Shown here: piece after piece, positions 1-11,345 of the stretch
How positions within the stretch are numbered: position 1 is the stretch's first letter
Layout of the letters: each line of letters opens with the position of its first letter
Source: Microbacteriaceae bacterium
GTDB taxonomy: Bacteria > Actinomycetota > Actinomycetes > Actinomycetales > Microbacteriaceae
Direction: 5' to 3'
Assembly (NCBI GenBank): GCA_007117135.1
Contig: SKHB01000010.1
Span: 21,762-85,761, forward strand
Length of the DNA: 64,000 nt
Notes under the pieces: model-generated
Database searches by the model: none
The model's input: the letters and a program-made list of their open reading frames with translations, nothing else
What the model was told of the DNA's origin: nothing
Position numbers and translations under genes: made by a program

Positions 1-38
1 GGGCCCGACGGGGCCCCCGGTCTGTGGTGTTGGGAGAT

Positions 39-1256
39 TTAGGCGTTCTGCTCTTCGAGCACGTACCCTTCCTCACCGTGGACGATGGTGTCAATACCAG
101 CCACTTCGTCCTCGCTGGTCACCCGGAAGCCAATGGTCTTCTGGATGATCAGGGCCAGCACCAGGGCTACCACGAAGGAGTACACCAGGACTCCGAAGGC
201 AGCGATGGTCTGGGTAATGAGCTGACCGAAGTCACCACCGGTGAACAGACCGGTGTCGATGGCAAAGAAGCCCAGGTAGAGGGTTCCCACCATTCCGGCC
301 ACCAAGTGGATTCCGACGACGTCTAGCGAGTCGTCGTAACCGAGCTTGTATTTGAGGTCGACAGCAAGAGCTGCCACCACACCGGCAATAACACCGAGAA
401 TCAGTGCGAAAGTGGGCGTCACGTTGGCACATGCGGGTGTGATGGCCACCAAACCGCTGACTGCACCAGAGGCCGCACCAACAGCCGTCGGCTTTCCGTC
501 CTTGATTTTCTCGATGAGGAGCCATCCGGCGATCGCCGCGGCAGTGGCACCCAGAGTGTTGATAGTGATCAGGCCGGCATACTCCATGCCCTCGAACGCC
601 TCGGCGCCCACGTTGAAGCCGAACCATCCGAACCACAGAAGAGCTGCGCCGAGCATCACCAGTGGAACGTTGTGAGGCTTATGGGCACCCTTTTCGAACA
701 CCACCCGACGGCCGAGAACGATAGCTAAAGCGAGAGCTGCCGCCCCGGCGTTAATGTGAACGGCTGTCCCGCCGGCGTAGTCGATAACTTCGGGGAGACC
801 CATGGCGTCACCAAGACCCATGATCCAACCATCGCCCCACACCCACGCAGCGACGGGGAAGTAAACGAGGGTGGCCCAGACTCCAGCGAACAGCATCCAC
901 GCACCGAACTTGGCGCGGTCGGCGATCGCACCAGAGATCAGTGCGGTGGTGATGATGGCGAAGGTTGCGCCAAACGCCACCCCGATCAAATCTTCGTTGC
1001 TGTCTGCGATGCCGAAGAGGCCGAAGTCGCTAAATGGGTTTCCCGCAAAAGCCCATGTGCTCTCCACACCGGACATGTTGTACCCATACAAAACCCACAG
1101 CACCCCGATGAGTGCCATTGAGCCGAAGCTCATCATCATCATGCTGACAACACTTTTCGCTTTGACAAGTCCCCCGTAGAAGAATGCCAAACCCGGTGTC
1201 ATGAGCAACACGAGCGCTGTGGCCGTTACGGCCCACGCCAGTTCTCCTGTATCCAT
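39..1256 (-). CDS. amtB: Ammonium transporter (Amt family)
   Basis: Multi-TM protein with DYAGGTAVHINAG, WFGWFGFN and DDSLDVVGIH motifs (twin His). Start moved to the ATG at 1256 (MDTGELAW), which has GGGG upstream. Confidence 0.95.
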   Translation of the reverse strand: MDTGELAWAVTATALVLLMTPGLAFFYGGLVKAKSVVSMMMMSFGSMALIGVLWVLYGYNMSGVESTWAFAGNPFSDFGLFGIADSNEDLIGVAFGATFAIITTALISGAIADRAKFGAWMLFAGVWATLVYFPVAAWVWGDGWIMGLGDAMGLPEVIDYAGGTAVHINAGAAALALAIVLGRRVVFEKGAHKPHNVPLVMLGAALLWFGWFGFNVGAEAFEGMEYAGLITINTLGATAAAIAGWLLIEKIKDGKPTAVGAASGAVSGLVAITPACANVTPTFALILGVIAGVVAALAVDLKYKLGYDDSLDVVGIHLVAGMVGTLYLGFFAIDTGLFTGGDFGQLITQTIAAFGVLVYSFVVALVLALIIQKTIGFRVTSEDEVAGIDTIVHGEEGYVLEEQNA

Positions 1257-1361
1257 GTTTCCCCCATTGCAATAAACGGTTGGCGGCCGTTGTGACCAGT
1301 TGTCACGTCGTGCCGTGCCCACAGTGTGAATGCGCAGAGTTTCGCTAAACGGCGCTGGAGT

Positions 1362-1408
1362 GTTTCACACGTGTTTCGGGATGAGGCCAAGTGTTAACTC
1401 TGCGTTTC
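1362..1408 (-). promoter_or_regulatory. Probable GlnR boxes upstream of amt
   Basis: Minus strand reads GAAAC-n6-TTAAC (1408-1393) and GAAAC-n6-GAAAC (1377-1362), resembling the GlnR GTNAC-n6-GAAAC box. Confidence 0.6.
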
Positions 1409-1495
1409 CTGGTTGGGGCAGATCTCAGCTCCGCGATTGCGCGGTCGCAAGCTTTTGGCCCGCCCAGAGGGCCGGCGGGAATTGGGTGAAAACCT

Positions 1496-2539
1496 TTAGG
1501 CGTTTGCCATCCGTGTCAGCGCAATCATCCGTGATGCAGCCCGAAGATATTTTTTCCGATACCCACCAGCGAGCATCGTGTCGTCAAACACTTGGTCGAG
1601 CGGGACTCCGCTCGACACGATGGCAACCTGTTGGTCATATAAACGGTCGACCAAAGCAACCAGTCGGAGCGCTTGAGCTTGGTCATGAATAACGTGAACA
1701 CCTCGAATGCAGACCAGATCAATGCCTTCCACCAATCCGACAAATCTGCTGGGGTGAACCGTGGCGAGGTGGGCAATGATGTCATCAAAAGCATCGAGCG
1801 CAACTATTCCCGGGTGAGAGGCCGCAATGTTTTCTAACTGCTCATCGGAAGCGGTGTGGGCGTGCCCATCGAAATCACGCTTCCGATAATCTTCACCCTC
1901 AATCCGAACAGTATGAAATTTGTCCGAGAGGGCAGTGATTTCACGAAGGAAGTCCTCGGCAGCGAAACGCCCCTCCCCCAACGCATTGGGGGGAGTATTC
2001 GAGGTGGCGGCAAGCCGAGTCCCCGAGGCCACCAATTCGCCGAGCAGCTTTGACATCACCATCGTGTCACCTGGGTCATCTAACTCAAATTCGTCAATCG
2101 CAATCAGGTCGGCGCCGCGGAAATGTTCGACGGCGTTCCGGTATCCGAGGGCGCCAACAAGCGCGGTGTATTCGATGAACGTCCCATAGTAGGTGCGGCC
2201 CGGTGTGGCCCGCCACAGCGCAGCCAGGAGGTGAGTTTTTCCCACACCAAACCCGCCATCGAGGTATATGCCCGGCCTAGCGACCAACCCCTTATCGCTG
2301 GTCTTACCCCAGCCGAAACGCTTCGTCGCGGGGCGGAAAGTCCCGCCCACGGCAAATTCTCTGACCGCGTCGAGCGCTTGCTGCTGGGAAGGGAAGTTAT
2401 CGTCGGGCACGTAATTGTCCAGCGAGACATGGTCAAACTGGGCAGGAGGTCGAAAATGTTCCAACATGTCGGCAACGCTCATCTGAGGTTGCCGCGAGGT
2501 GAGTTGCATGATGGAATTGCTGCCCGCAGGGGGTGTCAT
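1496..2539 (-). CDS. zapE: AFG1/ZapE-family ATPase
   Basis: Walker A GIYLDGGFGVGKT, Walker B LIAIDE, plus TSNTPP and DYR motifs. Exact start uncertain. Confidence 0.88.
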   Translation of the reverse strand: MTPPAGSNSIMQLTSRQPQMSVADMLEHFRPPAQFDHVSLDNYVPDDNFPSQQQALDAVREFAVGGTFRPATKRFGWGKTSDKGLVARPGIYLDGGFGVGKTHLLAALWRATPGRTYYGTFIEYTALVGALGYRNAVEHFRGADLIAIDEFELDDPGDTMVMSKLLGELVASGTRLAATSNTPPNALGEGRFAAEDFLREITALSDKFHTVRIEGEDYRKRDFDGHAHTASDEQLENIAASHPGIVALDAFDDIIAHLATVHPSRFVGLVEGIDLVCIRGVHVIHDQAQALRLVALVDRLYDQQVAIVSSGVPLDQVFDDTMLAGGYRKKYLRAASRMIALTRMANA

Positions 2540-2662
2540 TCGGCGCTGTTATCCCTTGGATTCACATGAACACCCAACCTCTGGGTGACACAATAGGTTC
2601 AGGCATCATTGTATCCGGTTAGATTCGGCAGACCACGCCGACACTGTTCAAGGAGTAAACGC

Positions 2663-3556
2663 ATGATTGGTCCAGACCCAGCTGTTGAAGCCCACGGCTA
2701 CGCACACCCCCACCGGCTGGTCACCACTGACTGGTTGGCCGAAAACCTGGGAACCCCAGGCCTTGTTGTCTTAGAGTCCAACGAAGATGTTCTCCTGTAT
2801 GACACGGGTCACATTCCGGGAGCCATCAAAGTCGACTGGCACACCGAACTCAACGACCCGGTTTTGCGCGACTACTTGGACGGCGAACAGTTTGCTGCCC
2901 TCATGTCCCGCAAAGGAATTTCCCGTGATGACACCATCGTCCTCTACGGCGACAAGTCAAACTGGTGGGCGGCGTACACCCTGTGGGTGTTTACTCTGTT
3001 CGGTCACGAAGATGTTCGACTGCTCAACGGTGGCCGAGACAAGTGGATAGCGGAAGGCCGTGAGCTCACCACCGACAAACCCACCCCCACTTCCACCTCC
3101 TACCCGGTGGTGGAGAGAAACGACGCGGAGATTCGAGCATTCAAAGAGGATGTCCTGGCTAACCTGGGCCGCCCACTCATCGATGTGCGCAGTCCGGAAG
3201 AATATTCCGGGGAGCGAACCCACATGCCCGCCTACCCCGAAGAGGGAGCACTTCGCGGCGGCCACATTCCGACCGCTCACAGTGTGCCCTGGGCGAAAGC
3301 GGCCAATGAAGACGGAACATTCAAATCTGTTGACGACCTCAATGCCCTTTACCGTGATGGGGTGGGTATTGACGGGTCAGAACCCGTAATCACCTACTGT
3401 CGGATCGGTGAACGATCCAGCCACACCTGGTTTGTTCTCACCCACCTGTTAGGCATCGACGGAGTCAAAAACTATGACGGGTCGTGGACAGAATGGGGTA
3501 GCGCTGTTCGCGTTCCCATTGTGAAAGGCACCGAACCGGGCAACGCCCCCGCCTGA
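2663..3556 (+). CDS. sseA: Two-domain rhodanese sulfurtransferase (SseA-like)
   Basis: GHIPGA, active-site loop YCRIGERSS and [16 protein letters not shown] precedes the ATG at 2663. Confidence 0.92.
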   Translation: MIGPDPAVEAHGYAHPHRLVTTDWLAENLGTPGLVVLESNEDVLLYDTGHIPGAIKVDWHTELNDPVLRDYLDGEQFAALMSRKGISRDDTIVLYGDKSNWWAAYTLWVFTLFGHEDVRLLNGGRDKWIAEGRELTTDKPTPTSTSYPVVERNDAEIRAFKEDVLANLGRPLIDVRSPEEYSGERTHMPAYPEEGALRGGHIPTAHSVPWAKAANEDGTFKSVDDLNALYRDGVGIDGSEPVITYCRIGERSSHTWFVLTHLLGIDGVKNYDGSWTEWGSAVRVPIVKGTEPGNAPA

Positions 3557-3566
3557 ACTTCGAAGG

Positions 3567-4013
3567 ATGAACTTTCCCCCCCCTGATGCCCTCGACCTCC
3601 CGGAGTCTCTCCGGGAAATTCGAGATGACTTCTTGGCTTTGAACCAGTCACAAAAACTTGAACTATTGCTCGAGTTTTCGGAAAACCTCCCCGAGGTTCC
3701 TGACGGCATGGTCGCTGATGACGAATGGGAAAAGGTGGAAGAGTGTCAATCACCAGTGTTCATTCACGTTGATACTGACACCAACCCGCCACATATTTAC
3801 GCCACAGCACCCCGAGAGGCTCCCACCACGAGAGGTTTCGCCTCCATTTTGGTTCAGGGCCTCCAGGGGTTGAGCAAAGAAGACATTCTTCGTGTTCCTG
3901 CCGACTTTCCTCATACCCTCGGCCTTGCCGAATCGGTCAGTTTGCTGAGGCTTCGAGGGATGTCGGGAATGTTGTGGCGAATCAAGCGGCACATCGAGGA
4001 CCCTGCGCCGTGA
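3567..4013 (+). CDS. sufE: SufE-family sulfur acceptor protein
   Basis: VEECQSPVF with the conserved Cys, EAPTTRGFA and LRLRGM; lies directly after the sulfurtransferase. Confidence 0.88.
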   Translation: MNFPPPDALDLPESLREIRDDFLALNQSQKLELLLEFSENLPEVPDGMVADDEWEKVEECQSPVFIHVDTDTNPPHIYATAPREAPTTRGFASILVQGLQGLSKEDILRVPADFPHTLGLAESVSLLRLRGMSGMLWRIKRHIEDPAP

Positions 4014-4723
4014 CCTTTTACCGGGTGTTCCCGGACCCCAGGTTGGCGATTGACCTCGACACCGCTAACGGCCGAGACCTGTTGCGAGAGTTGTACCACA
4101 TCGATCACAGCCCTTCGGTGAGAGTCAACATGATTGTTCGACCTGATGGGTCAATTTCAGGTAACGACGGCACAAGCGGCTCACTCACATCATCAGACGA
4201 CCGGCGACTGGTGGGACTGCTGCGCACCATGGCGGACGTTGTCATCATCGGAGCTGAAACCCTCCGCCTGGAGGGCATTCCGGTTCCTCCAGGCGCGCCA
4301 CTTTTAGTGATCAGCGGGTCGGGAAACATCGCCGCCAACAACGTCATCTTTGGCCCAGGATCCGGCGAACTCGTCGTCATGACGCCGTCGACTGTGACCG
4401 CCCATGCAACGCTCGGCGACATTCCCCATCGAATCATTAACCCCGGACTCCCCTCGCTCACGGCCGACACCATCATTGAGCTGTGTGCGGCTGAAGGGTG
4501 GAAGAACCTTTTGGTCGAAGGTGGCCAGCAGATCGCCACATTATTTGCCGACGCTGGAGCTGTCGACGACCTGTGCCTCACTCTCACAGGCGCCCCCCTG
4601 TCCGAAGACACCCCGCCTGTTTCTTGGTGGCCCGAGGGCGAGGCCTGGACCACCTCCCACCTGCTCATGGACGATAATCGCCTGTTGTACTACCGATTAG
4701 TCGCAGGCGCCGCAGCAGAGTGA
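4010..4723 (+). CDS. RibD C-terminal / dihydrofolate-reductase-like protein
   Basis: VRVNMI, G-S-G-L..DR, ADVVIIGAETLR and LLVEGG motifs. The GTG start overlaps the sufE stop (GTGA). Confidence 0.75.
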   Translation: MTFYRVFPDPRLAIDLDTANGRDLLRELYHIDHSPSVRVNMIVRPDGSISGNDGTSGSLTSSDDRRLVGLLRTMADVVIIGAETLRLEGIPVPPGAPLLVISGSGNIAANNVIFGPGSGELVVMTPSTVTAHATLGDIPHRIINPGLPSLTADTIIELCAAEGWKNLLVEGGQQIATLFADAGAVDDLCLTLTGAPLSEDTPPVSWWPEGEAWTTSHLLMDDNRLLYYRLVAGAAAE

Positions 4724-4785
4724 GAAACAGCGGGTTCTCGGCGCGTTGACCACTGTGGGACGTACCAGCCGTTTAACCTGAAGCC

Positions 4786-5376
4786 ATGAGCGGAACGGAG
4801 AGCGCCGGCGCCATCCCCCAGGATTTTGCCCACGCCTTATTATCAGCAGAATCTGCCGAACTTCGGTCGGAACTGGAAGTGACCACTATCGCGTCGCCGG
4901 AGGGTATTGCCCCCTTCGCGAAGGCGTGGTCGGCAACAGTGACCCCGCAAGCCAGAGACGAGGGGGACCAGGGGACCTCCCGACTGGTGTTGCTGTACGA
5001 CCCTTCGGCGCCCGACGCGTGGTCGGGAGTGTGGCGAATGGTGTGTTTCGCGAAAGCCCCTCTTGACCAAACGATGAGTGAAGATCCGCTGTTGCCTGAG
5101 GTGGCGTGGTCGTGGTTGACAGACGCCCTCACTTCTCACGGCGCATCATTCGATCGAGCCGCCGGGACGGCCAGCACGATTGTCTCGACGGGTCTTGGCG
5201 AAATGGCGTCCGACATCAAAGGTGCAGAAATGGAAATTCGCGCGTCCTGGTCTCCCCAAAGCGGGGACATCAAAGACCACCTCGAAGCGTGGGCGGAGTT
5301 TGTGTGCATGCTCGCCGGTTTCCCGCCCACCCCAGACGGGGTCGCGACTCTTCGAACGAGTCGCACCACCTCATGA
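4786..5376 (+). CDS. DUF3000 family protein
   Basis: RLVLLYDP..PDAW, DPLLPEVAWSWL and EIRASWSP motifs; usual position upstream of rnd. Confidence 0.85.
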   Translation: MSGTESAGAIPQDFAHALLSAESAELRSELEVTTIASPEGIAPFAKAWSATVTPQARDEGDQGTSRLVLLYDPSAPDAWSGVWRMVCFAKAPLDQTMSEDPLLPEVAWSWLTDALTSHGASFDRAAGTASTIVSTGLGEMASDIKGAEMEIRASWSPQSGDIKDHLEAWAEFVCMLAGFPPTPDGVATLRTSRTTS

Positions 5377-6608
5377 GCGAAGAACCAGCGGAAGCTCTCC
5401 CGCTGGTCACCGCCCCACGGCAACCCGTTCGGGTGGTGTCGTCGACGCCAACCTGGCACGACGCAATCGACTCATTGGCGGCAGGTCAGGGACCGCTGGC
5501 TGTCGATGTGGAACGGGCCAGCGGGTTTCGCTATTCACAACGCGCTTATCTGGTGCAGGTCTACCGCCGAGGAAGTGCCAACTTCCTCATTGACCCGCTC
5601 GAAGTTTCAGACTTGTCTGACCTCACTCGACACTTTGCCGAACACGAGTGGGTTTTTCACGCTGCCAGCCAAGACCTCCCCAGCCTCCGAGAACTTGGGG
5701 TGGAACCCGTCAACATTTTTGACACTGAATTGGGTGCCCGTATTGCCGGGCTGCCGAGAGTGGGTTTGCAGGGTGTGGTGGAAGACCTTCTCGGGATAAG
5801 CCTAAAAAAAGCCCACTCTGCTGCCGATTGGTCCACCAGGCCACTGCCCGATGAGTGGCTTCACTATGCGGCCCTCGACGTCGAACTGCTCCCCGACCTT
5901 CGTGAGGGAATCCACACGCTGTTGGAGAAGTCCAACAAACTCGACCTCGCACGCGAGGAGTTCGACGCCGTGTTGAGTTTTGTTCCCCCCGAACGCCCGG
6001 CCGAACCCTGGCGGCGCCTCTCCGGATTACACCAAGTCCGCGGGGCTCGAGCCCTCGCTGTTGCGAGGGAACTGTGGTTGGCCAGAGAAGAACACGCCAA
6101 AGAGACAGATACTGCTCCAGGTCGGCTCATCCCAGACCGCTCCATTATCGCGGTTGCGATAGAAAAACCAGACAGCAAGGGTGGCTTGGCTGGTCTAAAA
6201 AATTTTCAAGGTCGGGCCAGCCGGAAAGAACTTGACCGCTGGTGGCAAGCGGTGGAGCGGGGGCTAAACGCCGAAGATCTGCCCGCCCTGCGCGGTCCGT
6301 CGACAACGCTTCCGCCGCCGAGATCCTGGCAAGATAAAGCTCCCGACGCCCATAGACGCTACGTAATTGCCAAAGACCTCATCACACGCGTGGCCCAGTC
6401 CCTGACCATTCCGCTGGAAAACGTTCTCACCCCGGACCATTTGCGCCGAATATGTTGGGCCCCGGTTGACGAGTCCTCTCCGAACGCTCTTGATAGCCAA
6501 CTGCAGGGCCTCGGAGCGAGACGGTGGCAACGAGACATTGTCGTACCGCTGCTTATCGAAGCATTCGCTGAGGCGAGACAGGCTCGCCGCGACGGGTCAG
6601 ACGTCTAG
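5373..6608 (+). CDS. rnd: Ribonuclease D with HRDC domain
   Basis: AVDVERASGFRYSQRAYLVQ, HAASQDL, FDTELG and YAALDVE motifs. The ATG at 5373 overlaps the previous stop (ATGA). Confidence 0.92.
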   Translation: MSEEPAEALPLVTAPRQPVRVVSSTPTWHDAIDSLAAGQGPLAVDVERASGFRYSQRAYLVQVYRRGSANFLIDPLEVSDLSDLTRHFAEHEWVFHAASQDLPSLRELGVEPVNIFDTELGARIAGLPRVGLQGVVEDLLGISLKKAHSAADWSTRPLPDEWLHYAALDVELLPDLREGIHTLLEKSNKLDLAREEFDAVLSFVPPERPAEPWRRLSGLHQVRGARALAVARELWLAREEHAKETDTAPGRLIPDRSIIAVAIEKPDSKGGLAGLKNFQGRASRKELDRWWQAVERGLNAEDLPALRGPSTTLPPPRSWQDKAPDAHRRYVIAKDLITRVAQSLTIPLENVLTPDHLRRICWAPVDESSPNALDSQLQGLGARRWQRDIVVPLLIEAFAEARQARRDGSDV

Positions 6609-8569
6609 GAGTTATCGCCCAGCTCGCTCGATTCCCGCTCCAACGCAATATTGCTTTCCTCGTCGCCCGGGATCGGTCTCGCCTTCGGAACCTTCATTCC
6701 CAACACCTGAGCCACCAGGTTTCTGGCAATAGCTTGGGGAGTCAGCCCGACTGCCTCCAAAATCTCACTGCGACTCCCATGGTCGAGGAACTCATCAGGT
6801 AAGCCCACCTCATCAACTGCGGTGTCCACACCGGCGCGGCGAAGTTCTTGGCGAATCCGAGTGCCAATGCCGCCCACTCGAACGCCGTCTTCGATACTCA
6901 CCACAATGCGGTGGTCACGAGACATGTCAACAATGCTCGGTGCAACGGGCACCACCCACCTCGGGTCGACGACGGTTGCCCCGATCCCCTGGTCAGCCAG
7001 CCGGGCAGCGACATCCATTGCCATATGGGCCATCGCACCCACCGCAACAATGAGGACGTCCTTGTGGGCGGCTTCTTTCAACACGTCCACTCCGTCGTCG
7101 GTTCGCCGGACGGCAGGAAGTTCAGCGGAAACAGCGCCGCGGGGAAAACGAATCACGGTCGGCGCATCGGCCACATCGAGCGCTTCGTCAAGTTCCTCAA
7201 TGAGCCTGTCAGCGTCTCGCGGTGCCGCGATGCGAATACCGGGCACCACCTGCAGAATCGACAAATCCCACATGCCGTGGTGACTCGCACCATCAGGCCC
7301 TGTCACACCAGCCCGGTCCAACACAAAAGTGACGCCTGCTTTGTGGAGGGCAACGTCCATCAACACCTGGTCAAAAGCCCGGTTGATGAAAGTCGCATAA
7401 ATGGCCACAACGGGATGTAAGCCGCCATACGCGAGCCCCGCCGCACTCGCCACCGCATGCTGTTCGGCAATGCCGACGTCGAGCACACGCCCCGGATACT
7501 TCTTCGACATCTCGTAGAGGCCGGTCGGGCGGAGCATCGCCGCCGTCACACCAATCACGTTGTCTCGCTTGGCCGCCTGGTTCACCATGGCGCCGGCGAA
7601 CACGTCGGTCCAGCCCGGCTGGCTGGATGAGCTTTGTGATTTACCCGTCGCTGGGTCAATTTGCCCGACGGCGTGGAATTGATCGGCTTCGTCGTTGACA
7701 GCGGGCGCATATCCGCGGCCTTTCTCCGTAATCACGTGAACAATCACCGGTTGGGAGAGCTTTTTGGCCTGGTGGAGTGTCCTCTCCACATCGACGAGGT
7801 TGTGACCGTCCACGGGGCCCAAATATTTGATATCCAGGTTGGAATACAACTGTTCGTTGTTAGCAAACCGCGCCATAAAGCCGCGAATGCCGCCCCGGAT
7901 TCCCCGGAACGTTGCGCGACCCAACGGACCGAAAAGACCAAAGAACTTCTCCGAGCCGCCCTTGAAAATGCGGTAGGAACGCCGCGACCGGACAGAGCCG
8001 AGGAACCTCGCAATACCGCCGATTGTTGGCGCATATGACCGACCATTGTCGTTGACAATGAGAATGAGGTTTCGGTCGTTGTCGTGGGAAATGTTATTCA
8101 GAGCTTCCCATGTCATCCCCCCAGTGAGTGCGCCATCACCCACCACGGCGATGACGTAACGGTCGTGTTCGCCGCGCTGGTGGAAAGCACGAGAAATTCC
8201 ATCTGCCCAACTCAACGACGATGACGCATGTGAACTCTCGACAATGTCGTGATCGCTTTCTGCTCGCTGCGGGTATCCGGCGATACCACCCAACTGTCGA
8301 AGCTTCGAGAAGTCTTGTCTGCCGGTCAACAGTTTGTGAACGTATGACTGGTGTCCGGTATCCCAAATGATGGGGTCACGAGGTGAATCAAAAACGCGGT
8401 GGATGGCGAGCGTCAGCTCGACAACCCCAAGATTGGGGCCCAGATGGCCACCGGAAATGGCGACCTCGTTGATGAGAAATTCGCGAATGTCAGCGGCGAG
8501 GGTGTCCAACTCCTCCGCAGAAAGGCGAACCAGATCTTTCGGAGACCGTATGGATGACAACAATTCCAT
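6605..8569 (-). CDS. dxs: 1-deoxy-D-xylulose-5-phosphate synthase
   Basis: GGHLGPNLGVVEL, GDGALTGG..EALNN, GIAEQH and DRAG motifs. The ATG at 8569 lies 6 nt after TAACCT. Confidence 0.97.
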   Translation of the reverse strand: MELLSSIRSPKDLVRLSAEELDTLAADIREFLINEVAISGGHLGPNLGVVELTLAIHRVFDSPRDPIIWDTGHQSYVHKLLTGRQDFSKLRQLGGIAGYPQRAESDHDIVESSHASSSLSWADGISRAFHQRGEHDRYVIAVVGDGALTGGMTWEALNNISHDNDRNLILIVNDNGRSYAPTIGGIARFLGSVRSRRSYRIFKGGSEKFFGLFGPLGRATFRGIRGGIRGFMARFANNEQLYSNLDIKYLGPVDGHNLVDVERTLHQAKKLSQPVIVHVITEKGRGYAPAVNDEADQFHAVGQIDPATGKSQSSSSQPGWTDVFAGAMVNQAAKRDNVIGVTAAMLRPTGLYEMSKKYPGRVLDVGIAEQHAVASAAGLAYGGLHPVVAIYATFINRAFDQVLMDVALHKAGVTFVLDRAGVTGPDGASHHGMWDLSILQVVPGIRIAAPRDADRLIEELDEALDVADAPTVIRFPRGAVSAELPAVRRTDDGVDVLKEAAHKDVLIVAVGAMAHMAMDVAARLADQGIGATVVDPRWVVPVAPSIVDMSRDHRIVVSIEDGVRVGGIGTRIRQELRRAGVDTAVDEVGLPDEFLDHGSRSEILEAVGLTPQAIARNLVAQVLGMKVPKARPIPGDEESNIALERESSELGDNS

Positions 8570-8608
8570 CACTCCAGGTTAGGCGTATGCGGCTGGAAAA
8601 ATCCAGCA

Positions 8609-11299
8609 CTACACCAAAGACCGGAGGACATACGGCAAAATTCCACCGTTTCGGTAGTAGTCAGCTTCCGCCGGGGTGTCGATCCGGACGACCGCCTCAA
8701 AAGTGATCGTATCTTTGCCTGCTGCCGAGTGGGCACTGGAAGAGGCCGTCACCGTCACCGTCTGGGGGGTCTCGCCGGAGTTCAGCGCTTCAATACCAGA
8801 AATGTCGAAGACTTCTGTGCCATCAAGCCCAAGCGACGAGGCGGTGTGCCCAGCGGGGAATTGCAGAGGAATCACCCCCATGCCAATGAGATTGGAACGG
8901 TGAATTCTCTCGAAGCTTTCGGCAATCACCGCACGAACACCTAGCAGGCTTGTTCCTTTTGCTGCCCAGTCACGAGACGAGCCGGAACCGTATTCTTTGC
9001 CGGCCAACACCACCAGGCCAACACCCTGGGCTTGATAGTTTTGTGCAGCATCATAAATGAAACCCTGCTCGCCAGTGGCTGTGGTGAAGTCGCGGGTGAA
9101 CCCGCCCTCTACGCCGTCGAGCAGCATGTTTTTCAGGCGAATGTTGGCGAAGGTCCCGCGAATCATCACCTCGTGGTTTCCTCGCCTCGACCCGTAACTG
9201 TTGAAGTCGAGACGGTCAATTCCGTGCGAGCTCAAATAGTGACCTGCCGGGCTGTCGGCTTTGATGGAACCCGCCGGGGAAATGTGGTCAGTGGTGACCG
9301 AGTCACCAAGCAGCGCCAACACCCGAGCACCCGAGATGTCTGACACCGGGCTGGGTGTTGCACTCATCCCCTCAAAGTAGGGAGGCTTTCGAACATAGGT
9401 GGAGGCGTCGTCCCATTCAAAGATTTTTCCTGTCGGAGTTGGAAGCGAGCGCCACCGGTCGTCGCCTTCAAATACCGACGCGTACTGTTTGTCGAACATG
9501 CCAGAGTCAATAGACGTGTCGATGGTGTCTTGAACTTCTTTAGCGTCTGGCCAAATATCGGCCAAGAAAACCTCGTGACCGTCTGTGTCAACGCCCAGCG
9601 GGTCTGCATCAAAGTCAAAGTCCATGGTTCCCGCCAAGGCGTATGCGATCACCAGCGGCGGACTGGCCAGGTAGTTCATTTTCACATCGGGGTTGATGCG
9701 TCCTTCAAAGTTTCTGTTCCCACTCAACACGGCGGTTACAGCGAGGTCGTTTTCGTTGATTGCCTCAGAGATTTCATCTTCCAGCGGGCCAGAGTTTCCA
9801 ATACAGGTGGTGCAGCCGTATCCGACAAGGTAGAAACCTAAAGCTTCCAGGTCGTCCATGAGTCCGGCCTTTTCGTAGTAGTCGGTGACCACTTTGGAAC
9901 CCGGGGCGAGAGTCGTTTTCACCCACGGTTTAGACTTCAAACCTTTTTTAGCAGCGTTTCTGGCTAACAGGCCGGCTGCCAACATCACTGAGGGGTTCGA
10001 CGTGTTCGTGCACGAAGTAATAGCGGCAATGGTGACGGCGCCGTTTTCTAGGTCAAAAGCACGATCCCCCACGGTGACCGGAACGGACACGTCTCGGTTT
10101 TCATCGCTCGTATAGTCCAAGAGGTCCTTGCCGAACTGACTTTTCGCTTTGCTCACCTCGACGCGGTCCTGCGGGCGGCGGGGGCCGGCAATGCTGGGGA
10201 CAACGGTGGAGAGGTCAAGCTCCATGTACTCGCTGAACAGGGGCTCACTGGCCGGGTCGTGCCACAGGCCCTGGGCTTTGCTGTAGTGCTCCACGAGGGT
10301 GATGAGAGCCTCGTCACGGCCGGTCAAACGCAAATAGTCCAGGGTGACCTGGTCAACCGGGAACATGGCGGCAGTCGAACCAAATTCGGGGCTCATGTTG
10401 CCAATGGTTGCCCGGTTGGCCAGAGGTACTTGGGCGACACCATCGCCGTAAAATTCCACAAACTTGCCCACGACGCCATGGCGTCGAAGCATCTCAGTAA
10501 TGGTCAACACGACGTCTGTAGCAGTGACACCCGTGGGGATTGCGCCGGAGAGTTTGAACCCGACAACTCGGGGGATCAGCATCGACACAGGCTGGCCCAG
10601 CATGGCGGCTTCCGCCTCGATTCCTCCAACACCCCAGCCGAGGACGCCCAAACCGTTCACCATGGTGGTGTGAGAGTCGGTTCCCACACACGTGTCGGGG
10701 TATGCCTGGGTAACACCGTTAACGTCTTTCGTGTATACGACTTTGGCAAGGTTTTCGATGTTGACCTGGTGAACAATTCCTGTTCCCGGCGGTACCACTT
10801 TGAAGTTGTCGAATGCCGTCTGACCCCAGCGGAGGAACTGGTAACGCTCGCCGTTTCGCTCGTATTCGAGTTCGACGTTGCGTTCAAAAGAGTCAGCCTG
10901 GCCAAACAGGTCGGCAATCACCGAGTGGTCAATGACAAGCTCAGCCGGCGACAGGGGGTTCACTTTCGCCGGGTCGCCGCCTAAATCAACAATCGCTTCA
11001 CGCATGGTGGCGAGGTCAACAATGCAGGGCACCCCGGTGAAGTCCTGCATGACAACGCGGGCTGGCGTGTATTGAATTTCGATGGTGGGTTCTGCGTTGG
11101 CATCCCAGTTGCCGAGCGACCGGATTTGATCTTCGGTGACATTTTTGCCGTCTTCTGTGCGAAGCAGGTTCTCTAACAAAACTTTCAAGCTGTAGGGCAA
11201 TGAAGCCGAACCAGGAACTTTGTCGATTCGGAAAATTTCATAGTCTTTGCCCTCGACCGTGAGGGTGTCCTGTGCTCCGAGACTGTTGAGAGACGCCAC
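8609..11299 (-). CDS. acnA: Aconitate hydratase A
   Basis: [35 protein letters not shown] and [10 protein letters not shown] motifs. GTG at 11299 with SD AAGGAG. Confidence 0.97.
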   Translation of the reverse strand: MASLNSLGAQDTLTVEGKDYEIFRIDKVPGSASLPYSLKVLLENLLRTEDGKNVTEDQIRSLGNWDANAEPTIEIQYTPARVVMQDFTGVPCIVDLATMREAIVDLGGDPAKVNPLSPAELVIDHSVIADLFGQADSFERNVELEYERNGERYQFLRWGQTAFDNFKVVPPGTGIVHQVNIENLAKVVYTKDVNGVTQAYPDTCVGTDSHTTMVNGLGVLGWGVGGIEAEAAMLGQPVSMLIPRVVGFKLSGAIPTGVTATDVVLTITEMLRRHGVVGKFVEFYGDGVAQVPLANRATIGNMSPEFGSTAAMFPVDQVTLDYLRLTGRDEALITLVEHYSKAQGLWHDPASEPLFSEYMELDLSTVVPSIAGPRRPQDRVEVSKAKSQFGKDLLDYTSDENRDVSVPVTVGDRAFDLENGAVTIAAITSCTNTSNPSVMLAAGLLARNAAKKGLKSKPWVKTTLAPGSKVVTDYYEKAGLMDDLEALGFYLVGYGCTTCIGNSGPLEDEISEAINENDLAVTAVLSGNRNFEGRINPDVKMNYLASPPLVIAYALAGTMDFDFDADPLGVDTDGHEVFLADIWPDAKEVQDTIDTSIDSGMFDKQYASVFEGDDRWRSLPTPTGKIFEWDDASTYVRKPPYFEGMSATPSPVSDISGARVLALLGDSVTTDHISPAGSIKADSPAGHYLSSHGIDRLDFNSYGSRRGNHEVMIRGTFANIRLKNMLLDGVEGGFTRDFTTATGEQGFIYDAAQNYQAQGVGLVVLAGKEYGSGSSRDWAAKGTSLLGVRAVIAESFERIHRSNLIGMGVIPLQFPAGHTASSLGLDGTEVFDISGIEALNSGETPQTVTVTASSSAHSAAGKDTITFEAVVRIDTPAEADYYRNGGILPYVLRSLV

Positions 11300-11327
11300 C
11301 GATTTACTCCTTTGCCCAAACCGCAAA

Positions 11328-11345
11328 TATCTTCATGTGAAGCTA
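11328..11345. promoter_or_regulatory. 18-bp palindromic operator at the acnA promoter (TamR-like)
   Basis: TATCTTCA-TG-TGAAGCTA has one mismatch from a perfect dyad and lies just downstream of the minus-strand -10 TAGAAT (11347-11352). Confidence 0.65.
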
